Part shown: positions 8,681 to 18,451 of the stretch, piece after piece
Position numbering within the stretch: the stretch's first letter is position 1
Layout of the letters: each line of letters opens with the position of its first letter
DNA from: an uncultured Methanosarcinales archaeon
GTDB lineage: Archaea > Nanobdellota > Nanobdellia > Woesearchaeales > ARS49
Assembly (NCBI GenBank): GCA_964550175.1
Contig: CAZJXP010000001.1
Span: 706,774-770,773, forward strand
Length of the DNA: 64,000 bases
Direction: 5' to 3'
Made by a program: the position numbers and the translations under genes
The notes under the pieces: generated by a model
What the model was told of the DNA's origin: nothing
Databases searched by the model: none
Seen by the model: only the letters and a program-made list of their open reading frames with translations

Positions 8681-10345
8681 CTAACGTTTTCTTTTCTTCG
8701 CCGGCCGCATGAACCACGCGATCAACAGTCCGAGGATAACGCCGCCGAAGACGAGCCCGACGCGGTCCCAAGGCATCTGCCTGCGCGGGGATTTCTGCTC
8801 AAAATAGATGTCGAGATTGCTAAGCTCGGTCGCGTATTCGGCGAACAGCAATGATGAGTATTGATCCTCGTTGCGCAAGGCCTTTGCGTATTCATAATAG
8901 GAGTAGCCGATTAACGGAAAGATGTTCTTCGATTGCGATCGTGCAAGTGAACGTTGGGCAATGCTTAATTTGAGGTCGATGAGCGCTTGCGTCTGGTTCT
9001 CTTCGACACCGGTGACGGTGATTAACAAATCAGCCTCGGCTTTTGCTTTCGCGGCTTCGTGCAGGCACACGACCGGATTACCATCTTTCAATTCGTTTTC
9101 CGCGTGCTTCAAGGTCTTTAACGTGGCTTGCAATCCTTCGGGGTAGAATGTCTGCACATAGTTGTATCGTTCCTCGGCTTCGCTGAGCTTTTCTTGGCAA
9201 GAACGTAGCAGCGTTTCGTTCGTGAAGGTGGTGGCTTTTCCGCCGGTGCCGAAGAATCTCGTCCAAGCTTTTGCGCTGTTCGCGCGCTCGGTCGCGTATG
9301 CGAGGTCGCGCGTTGTCTCGTCATCGGGGCTTTCGTTCAACAGAAGCTCCGCGGCTTCTCGTGCCTCGTCGATTCGTTCTTTCACCATCATGAACGTCTG
9401 GACGTCCGTGATGGTTTGAAGTGGACGGGCCTTCAACGCATTGTCTTGCGCGTCGATGTCTTGGATGAGTTTTGCGGCCTGTTCTCGGAACTCGGTTATG
9501 TCGTTGATCTTGCTGAACTCCTTCTGCGACTGCGCGAGGTTCGCCCGGAAGCAGTACGACGCGGCGGAGTAATATTCCCCCTGCGCGAAATATGTGTCGG
9601 ACAATAGCGTGAGGTTGAGGATTTTTGGGTCGTCAGTCCTTGGCTTGTCGCACAGCTCTTCAGCGACAGCGCGCATCGTTGTTTTGTAGGTCTCGTCAAT
9701 CGTGAATTTCAGCGTTGATTGGACAAGGGGTTTGTTGGTGAACTGCTCAAGCGCCTCTTGGATAGTCGCGACCTCGACGATTTCGACGCCCAAAGTCTTT
9801 CCGTAGGCGATGAGGTCTGTGGTTTCGTTGCCGTCGCGGTAATGCGACGTTCCGGCCGGAATGAGAATCTTTGTCAAGCCATTAGTTGCGGCCGCGGTTA
9901 TCTTTTCCTTCGTGCCGCCAACAGGGCCGATGATTCCGCCCGAGTTTATCGTGCCGGTCATCGCGACGCTTTCGTTCAGTTTTCGCCCTTCGAGCAAGGT
10001 TGCGACGAGGACTGCGGCGGCTCCTCCCGCGGACGGCCCGCCGACGATACCTGGCGCGGCGTTGATCGTGAAGAAGAAATCGGTGTCGTCGCAGTCGTGG
10101 TCAAGCTCGTTGCAGACGACCTGCTTTGCAAGCCGCATCGAGATCTGCGTTGCGATCTTGGTTAACGGGAAGGTTTCGAGGAACACCCGTCCTGACCCGG
10201 GCTGGGTTTCCAAGGATAGATCCGCAAGCATGCCCGTGCTGTTGCCGTTTTCCTCAACTAAGGCCAAGAGTTTTAGATGGGCTTCTGCGGCGGAAACTGA
10301 TGGGATTAATAGAAGCGATAGGAGAATTAATGCGATGCATTTCAT
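8681..10345 (-). CDS. Secreted, membrane-anchored Lon-like (S16) serine protease
   Basis: Signal peptide, GGPSAG (Ser), MTGTINSGGIIGPVGGTKEK (Lys), helical C-terminal domain, C-terminal TM; no ATPase domain. Confidence 0.9.
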   Translation of the reverse strand: MKCIALILLSLLLIPSVSAAEAHLKLLALVEENGNSTGMLADLSLETQPGSGRVFLETFPLTKIATQISMRLAKQVVCNELDHDCDDTDFFFTINAAPGIVGGPSAGGAAAVLVATLLEGRKLNESVAMTGTINSGGIIGPVGGTKEKITAAATNGLTKILIPAGTSHYRDGNETTDLIAYGKTLGVEIVEVATIQEALEQFTNKPLVQSTLKFTIDETYKTTMRAVAEELCDKPRTDDPKILNLTLLSDTYFAQGEYYSAASYCFRANLAQSQKEFSKINDITEFREQAAKLIQDIDAQDNALKARPLQTITDVQTFMMVKERIDEAREAAELLLNESPDDETTRDLAYATERANSAKAWTRFFGTGGKATTFTNETLLRSCQEKLSEAEERYNYVQTFYPEGLQATLKTLKHAENELKDGNPVVCLHEAAKAKAEADLLITVTGVEENQTQALIDLKLSIAQRSLARSQSKNIFPLIGYSYYEYAKALRNEDQYSSLLFAEYATELSNLDIYFEQKSPRRQMPWDRVGLVFGGVILGLLIAWFMRPAKKRKR

Positions 10346-10401
10346 TAGCTATTCTTCCTTGGTTATTGTATATAAGGATTTCCACACATTCGTCCTTGCT
10401 G

Positions 10402-10487
10402 AACTTTTTACCGCCCCGATTAGAACCGTTGGCTCTATTCAAAATAAACTGATAGCCTAAACGACTCAAAATTCGCTGGTAAAAAGT
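10402..10487 (+). repeat. Palindromic intergenic element copy R4
   Basis: AACTTTTTACCGCCCCGATTAGAACCGTTGGCTC...GCCTAAACGACTCAAAATTCGCTGGTAAAAAGT; terminal IR ACTTTTTACC/GGTAAAAAGT. Confidence 0.9.
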
Positions 10488-10508
10488 GTACTTGGGCGTG
10501 CAACGTGA

Positions 10509-11102
10509 ATGCAGGAATTTCACTGGACAATCGCTCGTAGCCTATTTGAACGCGTATTTTGTTCGCCGGTTGTGCGCCAGATGACCCTCCTTGAGTTCGG
10601 ACTGAAAATCAAGACCGAGTACGTCCCGATGCGGAACTATCCCTACAAATCAAGACATGGATTGTCCGAGTTGCAATTACGAAAACGGCTCGAGAAACAA
10701 GGCTGGCACGTGTGGCGCGGCGGGTTTTTGCACGCCGCTTCGGATTACTTTCCGTCAGTGCGGCGCAGATATAACCAATTGGCCGAGCTTATTACTGAGT
10801 TTTACGGCAAGGAGTTGTTTGAGCGACTGTGCTATCTTTCGTCCGTGCACCACGGCATGCCTGACTTTCTCTGCTATCATCCCGCCACCAAGGAGTTCAA
10901 GTTTGTGGAGTGCAAATTAGGGCACGAATCGCTTTCTCATCGGCAGATAATGACGATATCTAAATTGCGCGACGTTGGGTTCGTTACTGAGGTGCATAAA
11001 TTGGTTGATTCGTGCACGAAAACAAGACGGGCGACGGTTGACGTTTCTTTCGGAAAGAAGGAGGTGCTTGAGAAGGAAATGACGCTGAAGACGAAGTGGT
11101 GA
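10509..11102 (+). CDS. VRR-NUC-like PD-(D/E)XK nuclease
   Basis: GMPDFLC...FKFVECK...LS..Q motif; start uncertain (ATG at 10509, 10581 or 10629). Confidence 0.7.
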   Translation: MQEFHWTIARSLFERVFCSPVVRQMTLLEFGLKIKTEYVPMRNYPYKSRHGLSELQLRKRLEKQGWHVWRGGFLHAASDYFPSVRRRYNQLAELITEFYGKELFERLCYLSSVHHGMPDFLCYHPATKEFKFVECKLGHESLSHRQIMTISKLRDVGFVTEVHKLVDSCTKTRRATVDVSFGKKEVLEKEMTLKTKW

Positions 11103-13403
11103 TTACTTCTTCGCTTTTGTTTTTTTCACGGTTTTCTTCGCTTTTGGCGCAGGTTTCGTCGGAGCCGTTACATTAGAAGTTGCATTGGGCGTTCCAGGCA
11201 CCGTAGTCGTCCCATCCGCTGCTTTCGCCACACGCTCGGCCTTCTGGATGTAGCGACACTTCGGGAATTGGTCGCACGCGACGAACTGGCCGTAGACAGA
11301 CTTTCTCACGAGAAGCTTGCCAATTAAACACTTCGGGCAAGACTGCCCGACAATCTTTGATAAGTCGACATACTTCTTCGGGCAGTCCGTGTTGATGCAG
11401 ACTTCCTGCGGCTTCTTCGCCTTCTTGATGATGAGAATGATGGGGTGGGTGCAGACGTCGCAAATCTTGTCCGTCACCTGCGTCAATCCGTTCGTCGGCA
11501 GCTTGAATGTCGTCTTGCATTCCGGATAGGTGTCGCAGGCGATGAATTTGCCGAACTTTCCTTTTCGTAAGACCAAATGACCATTTACGCACTTCGGGCA
11601 CTTGCCGACGCGCGTGAGGCTTGTTCTTGTGTCTTGGAAAGTGACTTTGAGCCCTTCGCCGATTTCTTTTTCCTTGGTCTTGAATGCGGCCAGTATCTTG
11701 ATTAATAGTTTCCTTGCATCCTCAAGAATCAACGGGCCTTTTGCCTTGTGCTCGCGGATCTGGTCCATCTCATCTTCAAACTTTTTGGTCAAGTTTTCGT
11801 CGACAATTTCGGGAACGTTCTTTTCCAAAACGTCCGTGATGTGGATGCCGAGCTCGGTCGCCTGGATTGCTTTTCCGGTGATGTAGTTTCGCTCGTACAG
11901 CGTTTCGATGATGTTGGCTCGCGTCGCTTTCGTGCCGAGGTTGCGCTTTTCGAGCTCCTTGATGATGCTCGCTTCCGTGTATCGTTTTGGCGGCTGTGTT
12001 TCTTTCGTATGGAGCGTGAATTCTTTGACTGTCACGGTGTCGCCCTTTTCCATCGGCGGAAGCTCGTCCTCGCCGAACGGAACATACGGCGCGTAGAATT
12101 CGTGCCAGCCCTTGACAACCGTGGTTGTGCCGGCCGCGATGAACGGTTCGTTCTTCGCGTTTAATTCCACGGTCATTGTCTCTCGGGTTGCGGGATCGGA
12201 GAACGTCGCGAGGAATCGTTTGACAATCAAATCGTACACTTTCGCCGGTCGGTCATCCAATCGTTTCGGCAACACACCCGTCGGATAGATGGCCGGGTGG
12301 GCCGGGTCGGTCTTGAGGCCGTTGTGCGGCACCAGCGTGCCCTTCTTCAGGAGTTTGTTGACGAGCGCTTCGTACATGTCCTCGCGCTTGAGCGAATTGA
12401 AAATCTTGTTGAACCCCAACGCGGGCGGGAGCTGCTGGCTGCTCGTTCGCGGATACGAAATGTATCCCGAGGTGTACAAGTCCTGCGCGATGTCGAGCGT
12501 GAACCTCGGCGAGATGCCGAAGCAGCGGTAGGATTCCGTCTGCAAGGTCGTGAGGTCGAATGGCGTCGGCGGGTGCTGCTGGAACTGCTTCTTGACAAGG
12601 CTGGTGACTTCGACCTTCTTTTCGTCCTTCACCTTCGCGTAGATGGCGTCGGCCTTCGGCTTGTCCCAGAACTTGTCCTCCTTGTGCCACGCACTGACGG
12701 GCTTTTGTTTATGGTCACCCACAAGCTCAATCTGCCAGAACGGCACGGGCTTGAACGCGAGAATCTCCTTTTCGCGGTCGACGATGGTCTTGAGTGCAGG
12801 TCCTTGGACGCGACCGGTCGAGAGAATCTTGAACATGCCGGACGTCTTGATTGCGGACGTTAACGCTCGAGAAAAGTTGATGCCGTAATAGTAGTCGAGG
12901 AAATGTCGCGTTTCGCCGGCTTCGGCCTGTCCCCAGTCCAGGTGCGGCATCGCCTTAGCGTAGGCTTCGACAAGGTCTTCCTTGGTCAAGGTGCTGAACT
13001 TCATTCGATGTGCGTCCTTCTGGTTGCACGCGTACTTCACGATATTGAGCCCGATGACCTCGCCTTCGACGTCGTAGTCCGTCGCGACCGTGAACGAGTC
13101 GGCTTTTTTCGCTAAGGACTTGATTTCATCGAGATATTTCTTTGAGAATGCGGCGCTTCGCGAAACGTCGCTGGTTGGCACCCATTGGATGTCGAACACC
13201 GGATATTGGAATCCTTTCGTCTTCACTTTTTCGGCCAGACCGTACAAATGACCGACTGCGCAAGCCACGATGATCTTCTTGCCCTTGTGAGTGAGCTCGT
13301 AATACGGAGCGCCAGAGCCGCCCTTGTGCGCTTTGTCGTCGGCTAACGCGTCGGCGATCTTCTTCGCGGCGTTCGGCTTTTCAGTGATGATGAGCTCAAC
13401 CAT
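11103..13403 (-). CDS. topA: DNA topoisomerase I (type IA) with C-terminal zinc ribbons
   Basis: IITEKP, ATDYDVEGE, STGRVQ, ISYPRT catalytic Tyr, GTKATR; several C-terminal Zn ribbons and a Lys-rich tail. Confidence 0.95.
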   Translation of the reverse strand: MVELIITEKPNAAKKIADALADDKAHKGGSGAPYYELTHKGKKIIVACAVGHLYGLAEKVKTKGFQYPVFDIQWVPTSDVSRSAAFSKKYLDEIKSLAKKADSFTVATDYDVEGEVIGLNIVKYACNQKDAHRMKFSTLTKEDLVEAYAKAMPHLDWGQAEAGETRHFLDYYYGINFSRALTSAIKTSGMFKILSTGRVQGPALKTIVDREKEILAFKPVPFWQIELVGDHKQKPVSAWHKEDKFWDKPKADAIYAKVKDEKKVEVTSLVKKQFQQHPPTPFDLTTLQTESYRCFGISPRFTLDIAQDLYTSGYISYPRTSSQQLPPALGFNKIFNSLKREDMYEALVNKLLKKGTLVPHNGLKTDPAHPAIYPTGVLPKRLDDRPAKVYDLIVKRFLATFSDPATRETMTVELNAKNEPFIAAGTTTVVKGWHEFYAPYVPFGEDELPPMEKGDTVTVKEFTLHTKETQPPKRYTEASIIKELEKRNLGTKATRANIIETLYERNYITGKAIQATELGIHITDVLEKNVPEIVDENLTKKFEDEMDQIREHKAKGPLILEDARKLLIKILAAFKTKEKEIGEGLKVTFQDTRTSLTRVGKCPKCVNGHLVLRKGKFGKFIACDTYPECKTTFKLPTNGLTQVTDKICDVCTHPIILIIKKAKKPQEVCINTDCPKKYVDLSKIVGQSCPKCLIGKLLVRKSVYGQFVACDQFPKCRYIQKAERVAKAADGTTTVPGTPNATSNVTAPTKPAPKAKKTVKKTKAKK

Positions 13404-13497
13404 GACGGTTTCGAACAAGAGGGAGTTTAAAAAACTTTGGCATACTATATTATATGCCAAAAGAAGAGTATTTAAAGGAGAAATCGTTACTTCAGCC

Positions 13498-14073
13498 ATG
13501 AGCATTTTCATGGCAGTGCGGATGTTCTTCGGCGGACCGGTCCCCGTCATCACCCGCATACGGAAGAATCCTGAATTGCAGCAGAAGATCGTTCACGCCA
13601 TCGCATTCATTTCGACTGGCTGCGCGCTTTCCGTTCACGAACGAATGCTGAAACAATATCCTCGGCTTAAGAGTATGAACTCATTACTCATAAAGCACGG
13701 ATTCGAACCGGTCACCAGTGTCGAACGTTCCGTTACGCCAAATGGTCAGCCCTTTTTTATGTCGCGAAATGCGCTGAGCGAGATTTTGTATTTGCTTCTG
13801 CCTGATCGAAAAGACATCCCGGCGGAACAGTCGCTTTCTTCCCTGATGAGGAGCCAAACAACCGATTACAAGCAGCATCTTCAGTTGGCTATTCTGTATT
13901 TTTGTGCCGAGGTCGCTCGGGCAGTGCTGCCCGACAACAAGAATAAGAGCGCGGAAACCAAGGCGCTCACGCAAAAATTGTACGGAGAGACCATGTTGTC
14001 TCTTGAGCACGAACTTCTCAACCTTTCTGAGATATCGACAGTTATCTATTCCATTGAGCAAAGCAAGGTTTAA
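13498..14073 (+). CDS. Hypothetical helical protein
   Basis: Open frame after TATTTAAA, co-oriented with the AAA/VWA pair. Confidence 0.6.
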   Translation: MSIFMAVRMFFGGPVPVITRIRKNPELQQKIVHAIAFISTGCALSVHERMLKQYPRLKSMNSLLIKHGFEPVTSVERSVTPNGQPFFMSRNALSEILYLLLPDRKDIPAEQSLSSLMRSQTTDYKQHLQLAILYFCAEVARAVLPDNKNKSAETKALTQKLYGETMLSLEHELLNLSEISTVIYSIEQSKV

Positions 14074-14100
14074 ATACCCTGTTGCGCATTTTTCAGTTAT

Positions 14101-15120
14101 ATGCACCACGATTTCGCCACCCAGTTCAAAGGAGAGGCGTTCCCGCAGATTCTCGGCCAGACTCAGACGAAGCACCAGCTGAAGTCTGCGTTATTGATGG
14201 ACCGCCATGTCATCATCGTCGGCCCGCCGGGCATTGGCAAAACGACGCTGGCCAAGAACGTGGCGCAACTTCTTCCGAGTATTCTTGTAAATGATTGTGA
14301 TTATCATTGCGACCCGCAGAAGCCGATGTGCCCGTCTTGCAAGAATAAGAAGGCAAAGACAATCAAAGTTTCTGGTGAAGACCGATTCATCCGCGTGCAA
14401 GGCAGTCCCGACTTGACGGCCGAGGATTTGCTCGGTGACATAGATCCAGTAAAGGCATTGCAGTTCGGCCCGACAAGCATCCAGGCGTTCACGCCCGGCA
14501 AAATATTCAAGGCCAACAATGGCATCTTGTTCTTCGATGAATTGAACCGCGCGCCCGAAAAATTGCAGAACGCGCTGCTGCAAGTTCTTGAGGAAGGAAA
14601 GGCAACCATCGGCAGCTACTCAATTGATTTGCCGGCGAACTTCATCTTCATCGGCACGATGAACCCGGAAGAGACCGCGGCAACCGAGAAATTATCCGAC
14701 GTGTTCCTTGACCGTTTCGACATCATCCACATGGGCTATCCTGAGACGGTCGAGCTCGAACGGCAGATTGTTCTGTCCCACGGCAAAAAGATTGAAGTTG
14801 CTTTTGATGTGAATTTACTGACGCTCGCGCTGTTCTTCGTTCGCTCATTACGACAGCACAAGGACGTGCAGAAGAAGCCGTCCGTGCGAGCGTCTTTGGG
14901 AATTTATGAGCGCGCGCAAGCGAACGCCTTCCTCGCGAAGCGAAAATCAGTAACGAGCCAGGATGTTTCGGATGCGCTCATCAGCGTGCTCGGCCACCGA
15001 CTCGAGCTTAAACCTTCAGCTAAATACTTGCAGTCATCCGACCAGTTCGTCGCAGAACAGTTCAAGAATTTCTTGCGGGACACCCCTGCATTCGAAGAGC
15101 ACGGTGGTGGTGGTCTTTGA
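14101..15120 (+). CDS. ChlI/MoxR-like AAA+ ATPase
   Basis: GPPGIGKT, FFDELNR, LQNALLQVLEE, TMNP, DRF; Cys-rich insert. Confidence 0.9.
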   Translation: MHHDFATQFKGEAFPQILGQTQTKHQLKSALLMDRHVIIVGPPGIGKTTLAKNVAQLLPSILVNDCDYHCDPQKPMCPSCKNKKAKTIKVSGEDRFIRVQGSPDLTAEDLLGDIDPVKALQFGPTSIQAFTPGKIFKANNGILFFDELNRAPEKLQNALLQVLEEGKATIGSYSIDLPANFIFIGTMNPEETAATEKLSDVFLDRFDIIHMGYPETVELERQIVLSHGKKIEVAFDVNLLTLALFFVRSLRQHKDVQKKPSVRASLGIYERAQANAFLAKRKSVTSQDVSDALISVLGHRLELKPSAKYLQSSDQFVAEQFKNFLRDTPAFEEHGGGGL

Positions 15121-16297
15121 CGTGGAGGACGTCAAAGTCCAAGACCTCCAAGATATAGACGAACTCGACGGGAAGCTTTCCAATTCTAAGGACGAAGCGC
15201 TTATGCATTCGGTGATGCAGAACGACAAGCAAACAATTGATGATGGTAAATTAATCGCGGATTCGTTCAATCAAGGGCTCGGAAGCTTTACGCCGGACAT
15301 TCTTTTTGAGCAGATTGTGAAGAACTATTCGCTTGCGAAACAATTGCTAGGGGATACGATTTTGCGTCTTGTGTCGGGGTATGACCCGAATTATATCGAG
15401 AAGAACCTGCCGATTCCTGAGTTCAGAAAACAACTGATGTCGAACATCCGCAAGAAGATCGACCAGCTCAAGGATAAGAAATTGCTGACGGACGACGGCA
15501 TGATTGCCGAAAAGGGCGTTGATTTAGCGAGCATGGTGCTCTATGTCGAAGAGCTCGACCATCTGATTCCCAAAGGCGCATTTGGCGAACGGACGCTCAA
15601 AAAACGAGCGCAGTACGGCGAGCATGGTGAGGCTCGGATTTATCGAAAGGGGGATAGGTATCGTGACGTCAGCGTGCGCAAGAGCGTGCGACTCGCGGTG
15701 CGACGCGGAAACGCGAAGCTTTCTCCGAACGATTTGAAAATCCAAGAGCGCCGGAGCAAAGGAACGGTTCATTTGATTTACGGCATCGACTCGAGCGCGA
15801 GCATGAAAGGAAGCAAGCTCGAGACGTGCAAAAAAGCAGGGATTGCGTTAGCGTATCAGGCCATCCAGCACAAGGACCTTGTCGGGCTAGTCGTGTTCGG
15901 AAACGAAGTCAAGAACTCGATTGCACCGACGAGCGACTTCAACCAATTGTTGCGGGCGTTGACGACCGTTAAAGCGTCGCGCGAGACCGACTTCACCGCT
16001 TTGATCATGAAAGCGATAGAATTGTTTCCGATTAATGATTCGACCCGGCATTTGATTATTCTTACTGACGCGATGCCGACCGTCGGCTTGGAGCCGCGCG
16101 AGGAGACCATCGCGGCGGTTGGACGAGCTGCCGCAGCGGGAATCACGCTGTCCATTGTTGGAATCCAGCTGGATAGAAATGGAACGTCTCTCGCAAAAGA
16201 AATGGTTCAGATCGGCAACGGACGTCTGTACTCCGTGAAGAACCTTGATGAAGTTGATAAACTTGTTTTGCAGGAATACGATGAGATTAGGGGATAG
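15104..16297 (+). CDS. von Willebrand factor A domain protein (ChlD-like partner)
   Basis: DSSASM MIDAS motif, LTDAMPT; overlaps the AAA gene end; GTG start approximate. Confidence 0.85.
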   Translation: MVVVFDVEDVKVQDLQDIDELDGKLSNSKDEALMHSVMQNDKQTIDDGKLIADSFNQGLGSFTPDILFEQIVKNYSLAKQLLGDTILRLVSGYDPNYIEKNLPIPEFRKQLMSNIRKKIDQLKDKKLLTDDGMIAEKGVDLASMVLYVEELDHLIPKGAFGERTLKKRAQYGEHGEARIYRKGDRYRDVSVRKSVRLAVRRGNAKLSPNDLKIQERRSKGTVHLIYGIDSSASMKGSKLETCKKAGIALAYQAIQHKDLVGLVVFGNEVKNSIAPTSDFNQLLRALTTVKASRETDFTALIMKAIELFPINDSTRHLIILTDAMPTVGLEPREETIAAVGRAAAAGITLSIVGIQLDRNGTSLAKEMVQIGNGRLYSVKNLDEVDKLVLQEYDEIRG

Positions 16298-16304
16298 TCA
16301 AGAT

Positions 16305-16410
16305 ACTTTTTACCGCCCAAACTTTTTACCGCCCCGATTAGAACCGGTGGCTCAATCGTAAATAGAATTATTGCCTAAACGACTCAAAATCTGCCGGCGC
16401 GAACCAACGT
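16305..16410 (+). repeat. Palindromic intergenic element copy R5 with tandemly duplicated left arm
   Basis: ACTTTTTACCGCCCAA-ACTTTTTACCGCCCCGATTAGAACCGGTGGCTC...GCCTAAACGACTCAAAATCTGCCGGCGCGAACCAACGT. Confidence 0.9.
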
Positions 16411-16488
16411 AAAGGGAACTCTTACTGCGTAGGAACGCGTAAATTGCCCTAAGAAACCTTTATATACTCTTAACTTAAAAACAAGCGT

Positions 16489-16617
16489 ATGAAAAAGAAG
16501 GTGACCAGCCATTCGAAGCACCCTGGCGTGAAGCGCGATCATCAAACTCTCTTCGTCTTTTGGGTGCTCGCTGCCGTGTTGCTCATCATCGTGGTTGCGC
16601 TCCTTCGCGCAGCATGA
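16489..16617 (+). CDS. Small single-TM protein (42 aa), not in the ORF track
   Basis: MKKKVTSHSKHPGVKRDHQTLFVFWVLAAVLLIIVVALLRAA*; follows GAAACCTTTATATA promoter; ATGA overlap with the next gene. Confidence 0.65.
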   Translation: MKKKVTSHSKHPGVKRDHQTLFVFWVLAAVLLIIVVALLRAA

Positions 16618-17852
16618 AGCGCACCCATTCGCCCGTTCTGACATTGATGCTTATCGTATCGATTGTCGGGTTTGTTCTTGCGGTTTCTGACCCGTCCGTA
16701 ACCGGGGCGTTCCATAAGGTGGACGTTGACAAGTTCAAGAGCATCGCCTGCACGCATCGCGGGCTTTGCCCGGAATCCTTTGCAGGAGGCTCAATTGACT
16801 GCGTCCCGAGCGCCCCAAAGAAAATCGCGGACAGATGCGAAATAGATTTGACTCCCGATGCGGGAAAATCCGCTTGCTATGATTACCCCGCGGGAACGGG
16901 CACGACCGGTCACGCGTGCTCGGGTGAAGACGTGACTTATGTTTGCGACGATACTGGCTTTTACGAGTTACGGCGTGACGCCTGCAAAACTGATGGCGTT
17001 TGCAGCGACAGCGACCATGGCATTGCCGTCACCATTAAAGGCATCGTCACGGTGAAAGAAGCCCGCGATGTGAGCAGCATATTCTCCATTGCCTCAGTTG
17101 ATAGTTCCACAGTTGATACGATTTACAAGGACCACTGCGTCGGAAGCTCAGGAAGCCCGGCGGTTACCAGCTCGATACTTCGCGAGTATTTCTGCACCGA
17201 TGACGGCGCGGGATTCGTCGATTACGACTGCTCGAAATCCGGCGGCACGTGCAAGGACCCGCCCGGCGGACCCGATGCGTGCACGCAATTGGCCGTCGGA
17301 GAAGTCCCGCCGCCCGTTCCGTGCGCGGGAATCGCAAATCCGTGCGGCATCTTCAACCCGTGCCAGCAGGGATTCACTTGCCTGAACTGCAAATGCCAGT
17401 GGGCTCCGCCGGCTTCGATATTCAATGCGCGCCTGGGTTATCCCGTTATTGATGCTGATTGCGTCTCGGGAACGACCGCGATGATGTACGGACAGGCGCG
17501 TGTCTGCACCGCGAACGGCGCGGTGAATAGCTGGGATGTTGTCACGCCCGTTCCTGCGGCGGATGATTTAGAAAATAGTTTCTTCGACGTTTTCGCGAAC
17601 TTGCCGTCGGAAGATTTGACGCTTGCAGGCGGCGCGGTGGTTCCGGCGGTCGCTCCTTCGGTGTCAACGATTCCTGCAACTACTTCAAATAACGTTGTTC
17701 AAGCAAATGTTTGCCCAGGAAACACGGAATGCCATGGGGCAACCATCGGCACGTCCATTGAAGCAGTCCAGGGCTGCAAGCGATTGTATCCGCAATCAAC
17801 GGTTCCGCTAGGTTGCAACACCCAGTGCCGGTGCGCTCCTACGCAGGGTTAA
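16614..17852 (+). CDS. Cysteine-rich secreted/surface protein
   Basis: N-terminal TM/signal followed by the VTGA motif, many Cys, CSDSDHG and LREYFC motifs typical of DPANN surface proteins. Confidence 0.7.
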   Translation: MKRTHSPVLTLMLIVSIVGFVLAVSDPSVTGAFHKVDVDKFKSIACTHRGLCPESFAGGSIDCVPSAPKKIADRCEIDLTPDAGKSACYDYPAGTGTTGHACSGEDVTYVCDDTGFYELRRDACKTDGVCSDSDHGIAVTIKGIVTVKEARDVSSIFSIASVDSSTVDTIYKDHCVGSSGSPAVTSSILREYFCTDDGAGFVDYDCSKSGGTCKDPPGGPDACTQLAVGEVPPPVPCAGIANPCGIFNPCQQGFTCLNCKCQWAPPASIFNARLGYPVIDADCVSGTTAMMYGQARVCTANGAVNSWDVVTPVPAADDLENSFFDVFANLPSEDLTLAGGAVVPAVAPSVSTIPATTSNNVVQANVCPGNTECHGATIGTSIEAVQGCKRLYPQSTVPLGCNTQCRCAPTQG

Positions 17853-17854
17853 TC

Positions 17855-18451
17855 ATGAAGATTCTCGCTTTCACCGACGTCCATTCCAGTTTGACTGCGA
17901 TCAAAAAAATTGAGTTGCTCGTCAAGAAAGAGAAGCCGGATTTTCTTGTGAATCTTGGAGATTTTACGGTGTTTGAGCAGAACATAGAGAATGTTTGCAA
18001 GAAACTCGTCAAACTACACCCGCACCAGCTGGTCGTGCACGGCAACCATGAGGAAGACGTCACGGCAGCATTGATGTGCAAGCGTCATGGCTGGACGTTC
18101 TGCCACAAGAAATGCGTGCAGATCGATGATGTCCTCTTTGTTGGGTATGGTGGCGGCGGGTTTGCCGACCGCGAGCCCGAGTTCGAGCGCTGCGTGAAAA
18201 ACGTCGCGAAAACGATACATTCGGCGAAGAAAGTCGTGCTATTGACGCACCAACCAGCCTATGGCACTGCCGTTGACAACAAATATGGTGACCATGTCGG
18301 CAACGAGTCATTCACAAAATTCATCAAAACGAACAAAAACGTGACTTTGGCGTTGAGCGGCCATATCCACGAGACTTCCGGAAAATCAAGCAAAATCGGA
18401 AAAACGTTATTGTGCAATCCAGGGCCGTACGGCAGGGTGTTCACGGTATGA
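17855..18451 (+). CDS. Metallophosphoesterase (calcineurin-like)
   Basis: DVH, GD, GNHE, THQP, GHIHE, NPG motifs. Confidence 0.9.
   Translation: MKILAFTDVHSSLTAIKKIELLVKKEKPDFLVNLGDFTVFEQNIENVCKKLVKLHPHQLVVHGNHEEDVTAALMCKRHGWTFCHKKCVQIDDVLFVGYGGGGFADREPEFERCVKNVAKTIHSAKKVVLLTHQPAYGTAVDNKYGDHVGNESFTKFIKTNKNVTLALSGHIHETSGKSSKIGKTLLCNPGPYGRVFTV

Noticed and set aside
13404..13559. N-terminal extension of topA in the ORF track
   Set aside because: The conserved start is MVELIITEK; the extension covers the promoter and the divergent gene.
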